NCBI GenBank assembly: GCA_002269645.1
Contig: NIVC01000048.1
Location: 138,566-202,565 of the forward strand
Length of the DNA stretch: 64,000 nucleotides
Origin: Macrostomum lignano
Lineage: Eukaryota
Reading direction: 5' to 3'
Below, piece after piece: positions 50,463 to 63,006 of this stretch. Every line of letters starts with the position of its first letter. The stretch's first letter is position 1. The translations under genes were made by a program, and so were the position numbers. Under the pieces are notes generated by a model, which saw only the letters and a program-made list of their open reading frames with translations, searched no databases and was not told where the DNA came from.

Positions 50463-51217
50463 TTAAGGCAGAGACCAAAAAAAGGAGGACCAAGCAATTT
50501 TTGCCTTAAACAGAACCACCCCTGCCTCCTCTCCCAGGTATTTAACCTCTAGAATCCCTCCTCAAAAATTTTTGGTTGTGCTACTGATATAAATACTTAA
50601 ATAGTTAGGCCTATAATCTCTATTGGAATAATGTGAAAAAATTCAAAGTTAAAACATGACACAAAGTTCAAAAACATTATAAATCAAATTCAATAACAAT
50701 TGACAACAAAAATAACAGCAATAATGCTCCACCTGGCATCCAATACGAAATACTAATAAGTATTATTAATTTAGTATATCTAGGGCTTAGGCTCTATCTA
50801 GCAGTAGCAGCTAGCACCTATAAAAGGCAAAGGGCTATATGGCTTTATCTATTCTAGTACTTATGTATAGTTCTAAAGTATCTAGCAGCTAATTGTATAG
50901 ATGCTTCTCTTTGACGCGAAACCGATACAAGTAACAAGATAACAATAGACGTTGTGTAAAGTACATATTTAATTAACTAGGATAACTTGTCTGTTATTAT
51001 CAGGTGTTTCTAGAAACTTCACAAGAACAACAACAACGGCTCAACAACCTCCATTTTTTCTGTAAATTTATTTATCAGTTTAATAGCTATAAGCCTTTTA
51101 ATTCCTAAAATTAGTAAAAATTTATTATCAGTTACGTGTGTATAATAGGATTTCGCTGCATAAAAAAGTATTTTTTGTTGTAACGTACTCAACCAGTTAA
51201 AAACAGCACGAAATTGC

Positions 51218-51596
51218 GGGTCTCCCTAAAACACGCACCGCCCCGCCCCGAACCGCTACACATTATAACATTTTTTGTCAACGCAGTATTTGATTGCAAA
51301 GAAAAATATTTGTTGTACGAGTAATGGAATAAATATCTTTAATTATTATTATAAATACTGTTATTATTTTTTATATTCTCGTTTTCATTATTAAATTTTA
51401 TTAATATTTTTTATTAATATTATTAATATTATCACTTATTATTCACCGAATTTTATATTTCATAGTAAAAAAACTTAATTTAATAAAAACTTTAAAGCTT
51501 AACAGAAAACGCATTTTCAAGTGTCTTCAGTTATAGTCCAATTTGTTTTAATGTGTAGCGCTGCAGGGCGGTGCGGGGCGTGTTTTAGGGAGACCC
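51218..51596. mobile_element. Mutator-like (MULE) MITE
   Basis: ~53-bp TIRs starting GGGTCTCCCTAAAACACGC; exact 9-bp TSD cgaaattgc at 51209-17 and 51597-605; AT-rich core. Confidence 0.85.
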
Positions 51597-53072
51597 CGAA
51601 ATTGCAGTTAGCTCGATTTCGATTTCGTTCTCCGTGAAACTATCTCGCAAAGTGACCCGCGGTGGTCTAGTATGTATTTATGTTTACTAATTTACGCTTC
51701 CCAATACTATATCTTTTACAAAAATCGAATCATGATTAACTTATCTTGAAAAATCTTTTACGTGCATAGACTTTTATTGGCCAAAAAGGCTTTTTGCCTA
51801 TGCCAAGCTCCTTACTACTACTTAGTAAGTAGTAAGTAAGTAGTAACTACTATACTACTACTATTACTTACTAGGCCTACTTCTGCGTTTTGATTTTGAT
51901 ATAAAGTCTAGAAGTCTACTTTCCATTCCTCGACGAATTTGCGCCCTGAGTGCGATCTGATTAACACTATCAGCTAGGTAAGGATATATTTACTGTTTTA
52001 CTATTTAATCAGTGACATGCTTGCATTATATGTGGCTGCTAAGCCTACTACTTACTCTTATTTACTAAGAAATAAATGTCAAATGTCACCAATAGTGATG
52101 TCTCGAACATTTCTGATGTATATTAGTTTAGTTTAGCTGCTGGCAAATTCTCAGGAGGCTGAAAGTGAATACGGCATGCTCTGAAATTGAAAGACAAAAC
52201 CAATACTATCTCGATTATGTCCATAGGAATAGCCATGTTTTACTTCTGTATTTATTATATTTGATATAAAAAGTATTAAAATATATTTAAAAGAAATCAG
52301 TATACATTATATCTATTTACATATATCAACTAAACATGCTTATCATAATTAGCTAATACATGTACTCAAGCTTATATCTTTTATGTCAAGATATAATTTT
52401 CAACATAGTGCCAATGATAGTATTATGCTTTCTAATAAAAATAATTTTACTATAATTAGGTATACAAATTTCCCTAGAAATTAACCAAAGCTATATCAAA
52501 TTGAATACAATGGAAATGAAGGATTTTAGCTTTGTTAAAGTTTTAACAAAACATAAATTATGTGAGTTTAAAAAAAATAAATTGTTGCCAAAAATTTAGT
52601 TATTCCTAATTTCTTTTTCTACATTAAGAATTTGAATTGATATGACTACTGGTACTATATGGTCTAGCTGCTATATAGACTGGGCTTTTTCAGTTCTAAT
52701 GCATGAAATTTTGCATCTTAGGTGTGCTAGAATACTATACATTGAGGAAGTTTCAATATACCAAAGACAATGGATATAATTAGAAGTATACATTTGTATT
52801 ATATAAATTATGTGTGCTTGCTAATGTTTTCCCACCTTTGAGAAAATCTTATGACAGTTGAACCTTGGTGCAATTCTACTATACTGCAACCTATGCTTTC
52901 CATAGTTTTTTGTGGTCTTGTTGTATGTCTCAAGACAGCTAAATGATCTCTGTACAATTCTTCTACTCGTACACTGCAACCCGTATCTTCATAGGTCTAA
53001 GCTCCGTGCATGCACGCTTGGTGACTTCTGCCACTAGTGTCCAGCACTTGCTGGCAAGAACAGGTCACACTG

Positions 53073-53864
53073 CAGTATTGCCAATGCCACTCCAGTGAGT
53101 TTTAATCGCTGAGCAATTTTTTGTCATATTCAGCAATTTTCAGCGATTTTTTATTCTAGGCATTAGAATTGTGGGATTCTGGGGGTAAGAACCGTGAGAT
53201 TCTAGGAGTAAGAATCGTGAGATTTGATGGTAGGAATCGTGAGATTCTAGGAGTAAGAATCGTGAGATTTGATGGTAGGAATCGTGAGATTCTGGGAGTA
53301 AGAATCGTCAGATTCTAGGGTTAAGAATCGTTGGATTCTAGGAGTAAGAATCGTGAGATTCTGATGGTAAGAATCTTGAGATTCTGGGGGTAAGAACCGT
53401 GAGATTCTAGGAGTAAGAATCGTCAGATTCTAGGGTTAAGAATCGTTGGATTCTGGGGGTAAGAATTGTGAGATTCTAGGAGTAAGAATCGTGAGATTCT
53501 GATGGTAAGAATCGTGAGATTCTGATGGTAAGAATCGTGAGATTCTGATGGTAAGAATCGTGAGATTCTGATGGTAAGAATCGTGAGATTCTGATGGTAA
53601 GAATCTTGAGATTCTGGGAGTAAGAATCGTCAGATTCTAGGGTTAAGAATCGTTGGATTCTGGGGGTAAGAATTGTGAGATTCTAGGAGTAAGAATCGTG
53701 AGATTCTAGGGGTAAGAATCGTGAGATGCTGGGAGTAAGAATCGTCAGATTCTGGGAGTTAGAGTCGTGAGATTCTGGGAGTAAGAATCGTAAGATTCTA
53801 GGGGTAAGAATCTTGAGATTATGGGAGTAAGAATCGTGAGATTCTAGGGTCGGTGGCAACACTT
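53073..53864. mobile_element. Non-autonomous hAT element filled with a 23-bp minisatellite (gtaagaatcgtgagattctagga)n
   Basis: Termini cagtattgcca and tggcaacactt; 8-bp TSD tcacactg / ccacactg (1 mismatch); array at 53165-53848. Confidence 0.7.
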
Positions 53865-54549
53865 CCACACTGGTCAGTTGCACCTTTAGACAATTGACAA
53901 ACTTGTAGCAGGTCTCTTGACTCAGTGACTTTACTGCAACTAAAACTGCTGAAAATCACTTTCATACAATTGAAAAATGCTTGTAGGATAGGTTGGTGTC
54001 CCGTAAATAATCACTCCACATCAGTAGTAGCTAATAGAAAATGATGCGCATACTCCAATTTTTTATTGCAAAAAAAGTAGTAAGGTACCCGTCAGAAATT
54101 CTACTACGCACATACCACATTTTCCTATTAAAAATTAAATAGTAAGGTACCAAACCAGCTGGGACAGGGTATTCTACAATAATCCTCACTACACAGTCTA
54201 CACTGCCTGCACCCACAAAGAACAAAAGAAAAGATCTCAATAAATTGTGGGAGTCAAGTTCTAGCAGTCAATTTTCATGCTTCCCCCAAGCTACCAAAAC
54301 GCAGTTCAGAACAGCGCACAGACAGCAAATAAAGTCAGTTTTTTACACTCGCTCCATAACACATTGTCTTCTCTATCCCCCAAACAGTGAATTCTAACTA
54401 AACAATCTACTACCCATAAAGAACGAAAGAAAAGACCGCAATGTCGATCAACCAAGCTGGCCAAAAAATGTTTCTTGATATATTTCTGCATAACAATTGA
54501 ATATATGCAACACATTGCATTGTATTGCATTGCATTGCAAAGCATTGTA

Positions 54550-55077
54550 GGCAAAAATACGCATGCCAAAACTCATTTTCTCGACGAGGCCCACAACCAA
54601 GAACACGCGTTAAAAGAGAATCAGAGGGTACCACCATGAGTCAGTTTGAAATACAAATAAAACAACACCCGAATACCGCAATGACCAGTTCGATGGTCCT
54701 GAATAGCAAATTGGCTGTAGGTCCAATTCTGAAAACCCCCACAATCCCGCCCCAACCACCGTCTAATATTTTCCGGGGGATTTCAACCAAGCGAATCAAA
54801 ATACTCCCCAACTCTTCGTCCACGACGACCCCCAACTCGCTTGCTACTCACCCAAACCACCACCCAATGCCTACCAGGAAGATACGAAGAAGTCTGTAAT
54901 TGCCACAAAGAAATAGTCTCTACCATCTAACGGTAATTGTCTAAGAGCTCTAATCGAGTCCTGATGATACATACACACCTGAAAAGACAACACCAAGCAA
55001 TCCCATATATAGATTTGTAATAATTGACCGCAAAATCTATCCCTGACACCCTGCAACATGTTCAGCTTCACTTCCAT
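54550..55077 (-). pseudogene. Adenain-like (peptidase C5) cysteine protease of Polinton type
   Basis: After joining frames: YFFVAITD..SYLPGRHWVVVWV (catalytic His), EYFDSLG*NPP (Asp), WTYSQFAIQDHRTGHCG (Gln and Cys); contains frameshifts and a stop. Confidence 0.85.
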
Positions 55078-56240
55078 GCTGTACCCGGCACGACGTCGTG
55101 AAGCTCCGTGATCTGCAGCTCCTTGTCAAATAGACCGCAGAATATTACATTGTACTTACAGACAACGCTTGTTGCCTGAGCAAGTGCAACTCCAACTTTA
55201 CATTCCCTTCCTTATAGAGCTGAGCACTAATGCCCGACACCAGGCTCGCTTCCCAACGCAAACGCGAAAATCAAGTATCGATCCACTGCCATAGTCCTCC
55301 ATTGTGAAGCCAACGTCTCGTCCTTGCAGATACAACCCCAACTGCTGCAGCAGATTGGTATATTCTCTCACACAACTACCGGCACCAATTTTTTTGCATA
55401 GGTCGCGAAGGGACAGACTCCCCGTTAACAAACACAGAAATGCTGCTGAGACTTGCATGTTCCGCCTATTCACACAGTTGAATGGGTTTGTATCCATACT
55501 TCCGTTGAAAACCTTGTTGTTCACGAAGGCTACTAGAAGTAACCTCGGCACCTCGTTCTGCTGCTCGTTGCTGCTTGTTGGGAGCGTGGTTGTTGTTGTC
55601 AAAGCGTATCGTGGCAACGTTGGGTGTTGAAGTATGCAGAAATTAATTCATTCTCGTTGATGGCAGCGGCAGTGGTAGGCGTTCTCGGTCTAGCCATTCT
55701 CACTTTTAGGCGCATTAAAGTTCGTAGTACTCGTAGTAACGAAGGAGGACCCAGCTGTGTGAATAGGCGGTAAATCGAGTCGCGCAATTGAACCAACAAG
55801 CCGCCAGGTGGCAACAGGCGCTCCGCGTCACCACCGTCCTGGCCAGGTATAAACACCAAATAGTTGATCAGTCCTCGGTGAGCTGACTCGCGCAATTCAA
55901 CCCTTCACCCATCAGGAGGATTGTTGGCAGCAGTTAGTTCGCGAATCGGCCCATTCAGTAGTTCAGGAACGGAACAGAATTGATACGTGTGACGTGTGAA
56001 TGTGCAACTCCGCAAAACGAACGAAACATGCTCTTGCATACAACACACCGTATTAAGGGCTGGAAAGGGAGATAAGTTTTATTAGCCAATGAAAACAGTA
56101 GTAATATTTTCCTATTAAGAGAATAGAATAAAAAATAAACTTTTTTTGTCAGCAGGGGGACGTCACTACAAATAGTAGTAGAAGTTGTACTTGCGAACCC
56201 CAAACGCGAGGGCGTGTCTTTAATAATAGAGGGTGACACG
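55068..56240 (-). pseudogene. Polinton-type major capsid protein (double jelly-roll), fragmented
   Basis: EVPRLLLVAFVNNKVFNGSMDTNPFN, REYTNLLQQLG..GFTMEDYGSG and C-terminal ALAQAT..YNVIFCGLFDKELQI match the Polinton MCP pattern (LPxRxxVAFVxNxAFNGxYxxNPFN); stop at 55068-70 overlaps the protease start. Confidence 0.75.
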
Positions 56241-56879
56241 GTTAACTTTAGTCGACTTTTAGCCCCTCGTTATTTTATTCATCAATCCGCGCGAGTTTGT
56301 AGATCCTATGTATGCAAACGGCTGTCGTCAGCACCTACAAAACGAGTGCCAACATGCACAACCAACAAAATAGATGGTGGTGGTGGTGCATCTCCAAGTA
56401 GCCGCGAGCGTCCTCACTTTCCTGTGGAAAATGCAATACTCCACTTGCATTGGCATTGGGTTTGTTGTTATCCTATGCACACCGTAATTCAACCAATGAA
56501 TGCAAGCGCAGACCTCGTTATATTGGGTCAGAATCTAGCGCTCCTTTACTAGTCTGGTTGCATTTAAGGCACTGGGCCAGGCGGACCTGAATGGTTCTAT
56601 GACCTATAGTCGGCCTAGACACCCAGCTGTGGAAATAAAAATCCATACAATGCAACTTCAAAGAGCTACTTGCCAATGGTCGAAAAAACCCCAGCCGTCA
56701 ATTTACACCAGACACCAGGATGGGCATGGCCACAAATTATTGCCGGCATAGAGACAAAACCAAACCGTCGGCTGGCAAGTAAGTAAAACTCCTTCCACAA
56801 CCGCATCAACAACAACGATTTTTAATAAATAGAATTAATCGTGTTGAAGAATGCTTGTCAGCAGGGGGACGTTATTCCA

Positions 56880-57303
56880 ATAGTAATAGGTGGAAATACT
56901 CACGAACCCCAAACGTGGGGGGCATGTTCAATAGAGGGCCTCTGCCAGAAGCAAGTTGAATGCGTGAGCAGACGCCATGGACCTTTCCATCACCAGAATT
57001 TCGTACTCCGGTTGATCCGGCTCCGGTGAGAGTAGCAATTCTCTCATGTTCTTGTCCCAGTGAAGCAGACAATGGCTCGCACGGATTTGAAAGCCGATTG
57101 CTGAAAGAGATCCTTGATAGAATTCCTCCAGCGAGTTCGTCTCTGCCGGCAGCTTCGGGTGTGAGGTGAACGCATGAACCGGCTCTTTGGCCCCAGAGAA
57201 TCTGCGGTTCCCATTTCTTCAGTCGCGAGTTCAGGGCCAGATTTCTTAGAAGCATTGTTTTGCCTACCGCTACATTTCCCTCGAGAATGTAGGTCCGGGC
57301 CAT
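56880..57303 (-). pseudogene. Deoxynucleoside kinase (dCK/dGK/dNK family), frameshifted
   Basis: MARTYILEGNVAVGKT (P-loop); after a shift near 57190: KEPVHAF...NSLEEFYQ...AIGFQ...ILVMERSMASAHAF (EP, FY, FQ and ERS motifs); a possible C-terminal YLEMHHHHH..WL lies near 56360-56410. Confidence 0.8.
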
Positions 57304-60134
57304 GGCTGGAATTTTTTGCCGATTGTGCTGCTTGTGCATGCTGATGGCAAGCAGTGCATTAACAGATCGAGTTAAGAGATTTACTTTGGTATCGTTTTTT
57401 GTCTCCCATTGCGAAAATCTTCGCAGTATGAAAGACGTTGCAAAAGAGTCTGGGAGTTTTTGACTATCTTATCTGATTGTCTGCAGAAAAAACTTCTGCA
57501 TCGTAGGTTGCCCTAAGTCTCTATAGTTTCCGACACAGCTTTTTAAATAGTGGAAGCTGTTTCTCCCAGGAAACTGAACTTGACCAACTAATGTAGAAGT
57601 TTGAACGTGGACAAAATCGAAATCCAGTTTGTAAATAGTAATTTCGTTAACAAACTGTAAAATCGATGCCACGTCCGCATTCATATTGCGGTAAAAAATT
57701 CTCGGCCTCTCGTTGGGATAAAGCTGAATAGTTGAATCCACAGATTTAAATTTGCACATAGTAGGCTTCGCTTTAAAGACCTTTCACGAATATTACTTTC
57801 GAGCTAACGCTGTCTCAGTCTCGTTTATGCAAAGCTTTTCTCCAGGACAGATTTTCAGTGCGGCACCAAAAATCAGTAGCACCAAGCGCTGAAAGAAGAA
57901 AAGCAAAGGCACAATAGATTTTACCCACAATATAGAAATGTTCCTGGCGAAACCTGGGTGGCCAATGTATTTTGTATCCACAACCGTTTTTAAAAAAATG
58001 AATATCGGATTTGGATTTCGAATTCGGATGTGGATTCGGTTGGCTTCAGAGTCGCTCGATGTGGACTGCTCCGCGGCGGCCGCCAGGTGACGTTGATAGG
58101 CCAGGTCTTTAGACGCCACCCGAGTTCCGCCAGTTGACGTTGAGATAGTTGACCCCGTAGAACTCACCAGTGCCTTGGCCGGGGACGGACCTTCAGCCGG
58201 GACCAGCCGGTCGCTTTGTGTGGCTGCAGGCTTCGGTTTCTTGGGCGCAGGAGGCCGGCAAGGTGCCGCCGGCTTCTTTAGTGGTTGCTTTTTCTTGTAG
58301 CTAGTGGTTCTAGCAAATACTACTTTTTCTCTGCTATTTTCTATAATCCTATATAGGCTGTAAGCAAACTAAGAGCAGAAGGAAAGACTCAGAGCCATAG
58401 TTATTAGGTGGAGCCAGAAATGAGGAAGCCCTACAAGTTAAAACCGATAGTGTTTGTTGATATAGAAGAAGACGAGGAGGGGTATATGCAGGCGCCGCAG
58501 TCCGCAGACACCCTCGCCGACGAGTAGAAACACAAAATCCATTTTTCCTAATTCTTCCCAACTTTTAGCCACAACAACAGTTACAATGGAGTCAACGCCG
58601 ATTAAAGCACCGCCATGCACGTCCCGCGCGGCAATTTTCACCGCGTTGACGCGCTTCATACGCGATGAGTGGTGTCCGGCCCCCTCGGTTGCCGCGAATA
58701 CGAGATTGAGTGAGCTGGCGAGTACTCGACTGGCGACTGGCTGCCAAAGCCTTTATCCGTACATTTTGCAGCTGCACGTTCGCGCTGCATTTACTGCTTA
58801 ATTAAAACGCAGTGTTTCCTGCCTTCCTTTAGCATCTGACTGCTGTATTCCAATCGATTAGAAGTGCTGTGTATCTATTCTAGTCTTTTTCTTCGTGGGA
58901 GGATGCTTTGTCTTTTAATCGCAAGCACAACTGCACCACTATTCTATCGCGTGCAATTGCGTGGACATTCAGTTGCAAAACTACTTGTGCATACGCTACT
59001 CACTATATAAACGGGACGTACATCTGCTTAGTAGCCTATTTTCTGTAGGCTGGACAACATTTTACGCCTAAATCTCCGAGATCTGTAGAGATTGTTGCAT
59101 TGTGTGAGCTTTTTTCTGTGCTTTAAAGCTCACAGCCAGCCCTCGAATTTCCCGCCGGTTACAAAGTAAATGAACAATTCTGGTGCGCTTTCAAAACTCA
59201 AATGAATTTCATTAATATTGTTCATTATTACGTGTACATGCAATGTACAAAAGTCATGTATGTGTAGTAAATGTTCTGTGGTAAAAGTACCAGGTACATA
59301 GACGTCAAGGGAAGCGAATTTTTTATTCTTAGGACCTTGAAGTGGCCATGAAAATTTGCACTAAATGAATTGCAAATGCTCGTTTTTATTCAACTACTAT
59401 AATATATTTGGGTAGTGGTATTTTTACTAGTGTTTAAATCGTATATTCTTTCTTTAAAATAGTATGTTTACGTACTTTCTTAAAAAAACTGCATTCAAAT
59501 TCGCCGCCAAAGTTTTTTGTAAACGTTTGTCTTAACAAAAAATACTCTTAGCTCGTAAGTGAGCAGAAACCGAGAAAACGAGAAAGCCTTTCAATTCAAC
59601 AGTAATATTTTTCCAACTTTGGAAAGTTAACCAAATTCGATATTTGCAGTTTTAAAAGACTTTGTCATTCCCTTAGAGACCCAACAAATGGGAGATTTAC
59701 ATATGTACATGTAAGAACCGTTTAGAAACGAGACTTAGTAGTCTGAAGTAGATCGCCTGACCCTCTGATCGCGGAACGCACGGACTGAGAGAAATCCCTC
59801 TATAGGAGTAAAATAGCTACGTGTAGAAATAAACAGGAATAGAATTCAGTGACATATAACCGCTCAGGCCAGTAAATAGTACATACGGGAGCACGAGATT
59901 TTCCCGCGAGAGTTTCTCGCCGAGGTTTTGCCACGGGGTTTTTCCTGTGGGAATTTTAAGTCAAATCCTGTCTTATGGTCAATGCTGGACTAGATTAGAG
60001 CTAGTCTAGACTAGACATAAACTAGAGACTAGATTTCAAATCCGATTGGATTTGACGACGACGCAGCCCCTCGAAGAAAAATACTAATACAAGCTCGTAG
60101 ATATGCATATGTACGATTTTGCATGTACTTAGGA

Positions 60135-61480
60135 TACACTTCCCAATCACTACTATTCCTAAAACTTGAACTTCCAAAACCCTACACTTCCCAAACCCTA
60201 AAATTCCCAAACCTTAAAATTCCAAAACACTACACTTACTAAACCCTACACTTCCCAAACCCTATACTTCCCAAACCTCATACTTCCCAAACCTTAAATT
60301 CCCAAACCCTACACTTCCCAAACCCTACACTTACCAAAAACCCTACACTTCCCAAACCCTATACTTCCCAAACCTCATACTTCCCAAACCTTAAATTCCC
60401 AAACCCTACACTTCCCAAACCCTACACTTACCAAAAACCCTACACTTCCCAAACCCTATATACTTCCCAATCCCTACACTTCCCAAACTCTACACTTCCC
60501 AAACCCTACACTTCCCAATCCCTACACTTCCCAATCCCTACACTTACCAAACCCTACACTTACCAAAAACCCTACACTTCCCAAACCCTATATACTTCCC
60601 AATCCCTACACTTCCCAAACTCTACACTTCCCAAACCCTACACTTCCCAATCCCTACACTTCCCAAACCCACACTTCCCAAACCCTACACTTACCAAAAA
60701 CCCTACACTTCCCAAACCCTACACTTCCCAAACCCTAAAATTCCCAAACACTACACTTACCAAACACTACACTTCCCAAACCCTACACTTCCCAAACCCT
60801 ACACTTCCCAAACCCTACACTTCCCAAACCCTACACTTCCCAAACCCTACACTTCCCAAACCCTACACTTCCCAAACCCTACACTTCCCAAAACCCTAAA
60901 ATTCCCAAACCCTACACTTCCCAATCCCTACACTTCCCAAACCCTACACTTCCCAAACCCTAAAATTCCCAAACACTACACTTACCAAACACTACACTTC
61001 CCAAACCCTACACTTCCCAAACCCTAAACTTCCCAAAACCCTAAAATTCCCAAACCCTACACTTCCCAATCCCTACACTTCCCAATCCCTAAACTTCCCA
61101 AACCCTAAACTTCCCAAAACCCTAAAATTCCCAAACCCTACACTTCCCAAACCCTAAAATTTCCAAACCTTAAAATTCCAAAACAATACACTTACTAAAC
61201 GCTACACTTCCCAAACCCTACACTTCCCAAACCTCATACTTCCCAAACCTTAAATTCCCAAACACTACACTTACCAAACCCTCACCCTTCCCAAACCCTC
61301 ACCCTTCCCAAACCCTCACCCTTCCCAAACCCTACACTTACCAAACCCTACACTTCCCAAACCCTACACTTCCCAATCCCTACACTTCCCAAACCCTACA
61401 CTTACCAAACCCTACACTTCCCAAACCCTACACTTCCCAATCCCTACACTTCCCAAACCTTCAACTTCACAAACTGTTAA
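60135..61480. repeat. 16-bp minisatellite (ccctacacttcccaaa)n, G-rich on the minus strand
   Basis: About 80 units with variants. Confidence 0.97.
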
Positions 61481-61739
61481 ATCTATATTTATTGAACTTC
61501 CAAAAACCTACACTTCAAAAACCAACCTACACTTCACAAACCCTAGACTTCTCACCCATGAAAATCAATATTTTTACTCTAAATGTATTTACAATATGCA
61601 TTAATGAGATTTACAATTAGGATTTTATATATTACATGTAAGTACATATTCTGTGCAATACGGAGTATACGAGGTGCACTCGAGGACACTATCGAGGAAA
61701 AGTTATGACAAGATTTATGATACTCAGACTCCTGCTCGC

Positions 61740-62256
61740 GCCTCTGGTGCTAAAGCCTCTGGTGCTTAAGCCCCTTGGTGCTAAAGCCCCTGGTGCTAAA
61801 GCCCTGGTGCTAAAGCCTCTGGTGCTAAAGCCTCTGGTGCTTAAGCCCCTGGTGCTAAAGCCCCTGGTGCTAAAGCCCCTGGTGCTAAAGCCCCTGGTGC
61901 TAAAGCCCCTGGTGCTAAAGCCCCTGGTGCTAAAGCCCCTGGTGCTAAAGCCCCTGGTGCTAAAGCCCCTGGTGCTAAAGCCCCTGGTGCTAAAGCCCCT
62001 GGTGCTAAAGCCCCTGGTGCTAAAGCCCCTTGGTGCTAAAGCCCCTTGGTGCTAAAGCCCCTTGGTGCTAAAGCCCCTGGTGCTAAAGCCCCTGGTGCTA
62101 AAGCCTCTGGTGCTAAAGCCCCTGGTGCTAAAGCCCCTGGTGCTAAAGCCCCTGGTGCTAAAGCCTCTGGTGCTAAAGCCCCTGGTGCTAAAGCCCCTGG
62201 TGCTAAAGCCCCTGGTGCTGGCGCCCTGGTGCGAAGGCTCCTGGTGCTAAAGCCCT
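61740..62256. repeat. 15-bp minisatellite (gcccctggtgctaaa)n
   Basis: About 34 units. Confidence 0.97.
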
Positions 62257-62483
62257 AAAAAATCGAGTACACGCCCCCTTTAGAATGTATACAAGACTGT
62301 TTCACGCATGTGTTAGGCACACGGTAGCATGCTAATTAAAAGTCATACATGTACACAAAATCTTGATGAATGAAGTGGGACACAATTTAAGCCGCGCGAA
62401 GCTGAATTTATATCTATCGGTGAGTCAATATCGAGTTGAAGCTTAGATCATGCTTCTTTACAATGTTGTAGTATTTTGTGTAG

Positions 62484-62811
62484 TCACTTCGCATTTGCCG
62501 AGCGGTTTCTCGTCAAAAATTCCAGAATCCGATTGAGTTGCTCTCTATGTTCGATCAGCTCAAACTGCACCTCTCGGTGCCGACACTCCGCCTGCTTAGC
62601 CAGCTCCTCCGTTGCCTTGTCCAGCTCGCCTTCCACGAAAGCTCCGAGTACGTCGACATCGCTTCGATTTCGTTCCACACCGCGACGTAGCTTTGCCCGG
62701 CATTGACGCAGCTGTGTGGCTTGGTAAATCAGGTAGGCCTTGTAGTCTTCGGGGTAGTCGGCGAATGACTCCCGATTTTGCCACCAGGGTTGTTTCTGCA
62801 ATTAGAATTAA

Positions 62812-62853
<42 letters not shown>

Positions 62854-62872
62854 CAGTAGTAGTAGTAGCAGC

Positions 62873-62910
<38 letters not shown>

Positions 62911-62926
62911 AGTAGTAGTAGTAGTG

Positions 62927-62963
<37 letters not shown>

Positions 62964-62964
62964 T

Positions 62965-63006
<42 letters not shown>

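Larger units (their letters stand above)
54540..58340 (-). mobile_element. Decayed Polinton/Maverick (adintovirus-like) endogenous element fragment
   Basis: Co-oriented, tightly packed, intronless pseudogenes for an adenoviral-type protease, a major capsid protein and a dNK; no pPolB, integrase or TIR seen in the window; boundaries are approximate. Confidence 0.8.

Noticed and set aside
52138-52190. Short match to the mariner N-terminus (tggcaaattctca)
   Set aside because: Too short, with no TIR or continuing frame
58349-58801. ORFs right of the Polinton block as protease or ATPase
   Set aside because: No Walker A or catalytic motifs found in any frame
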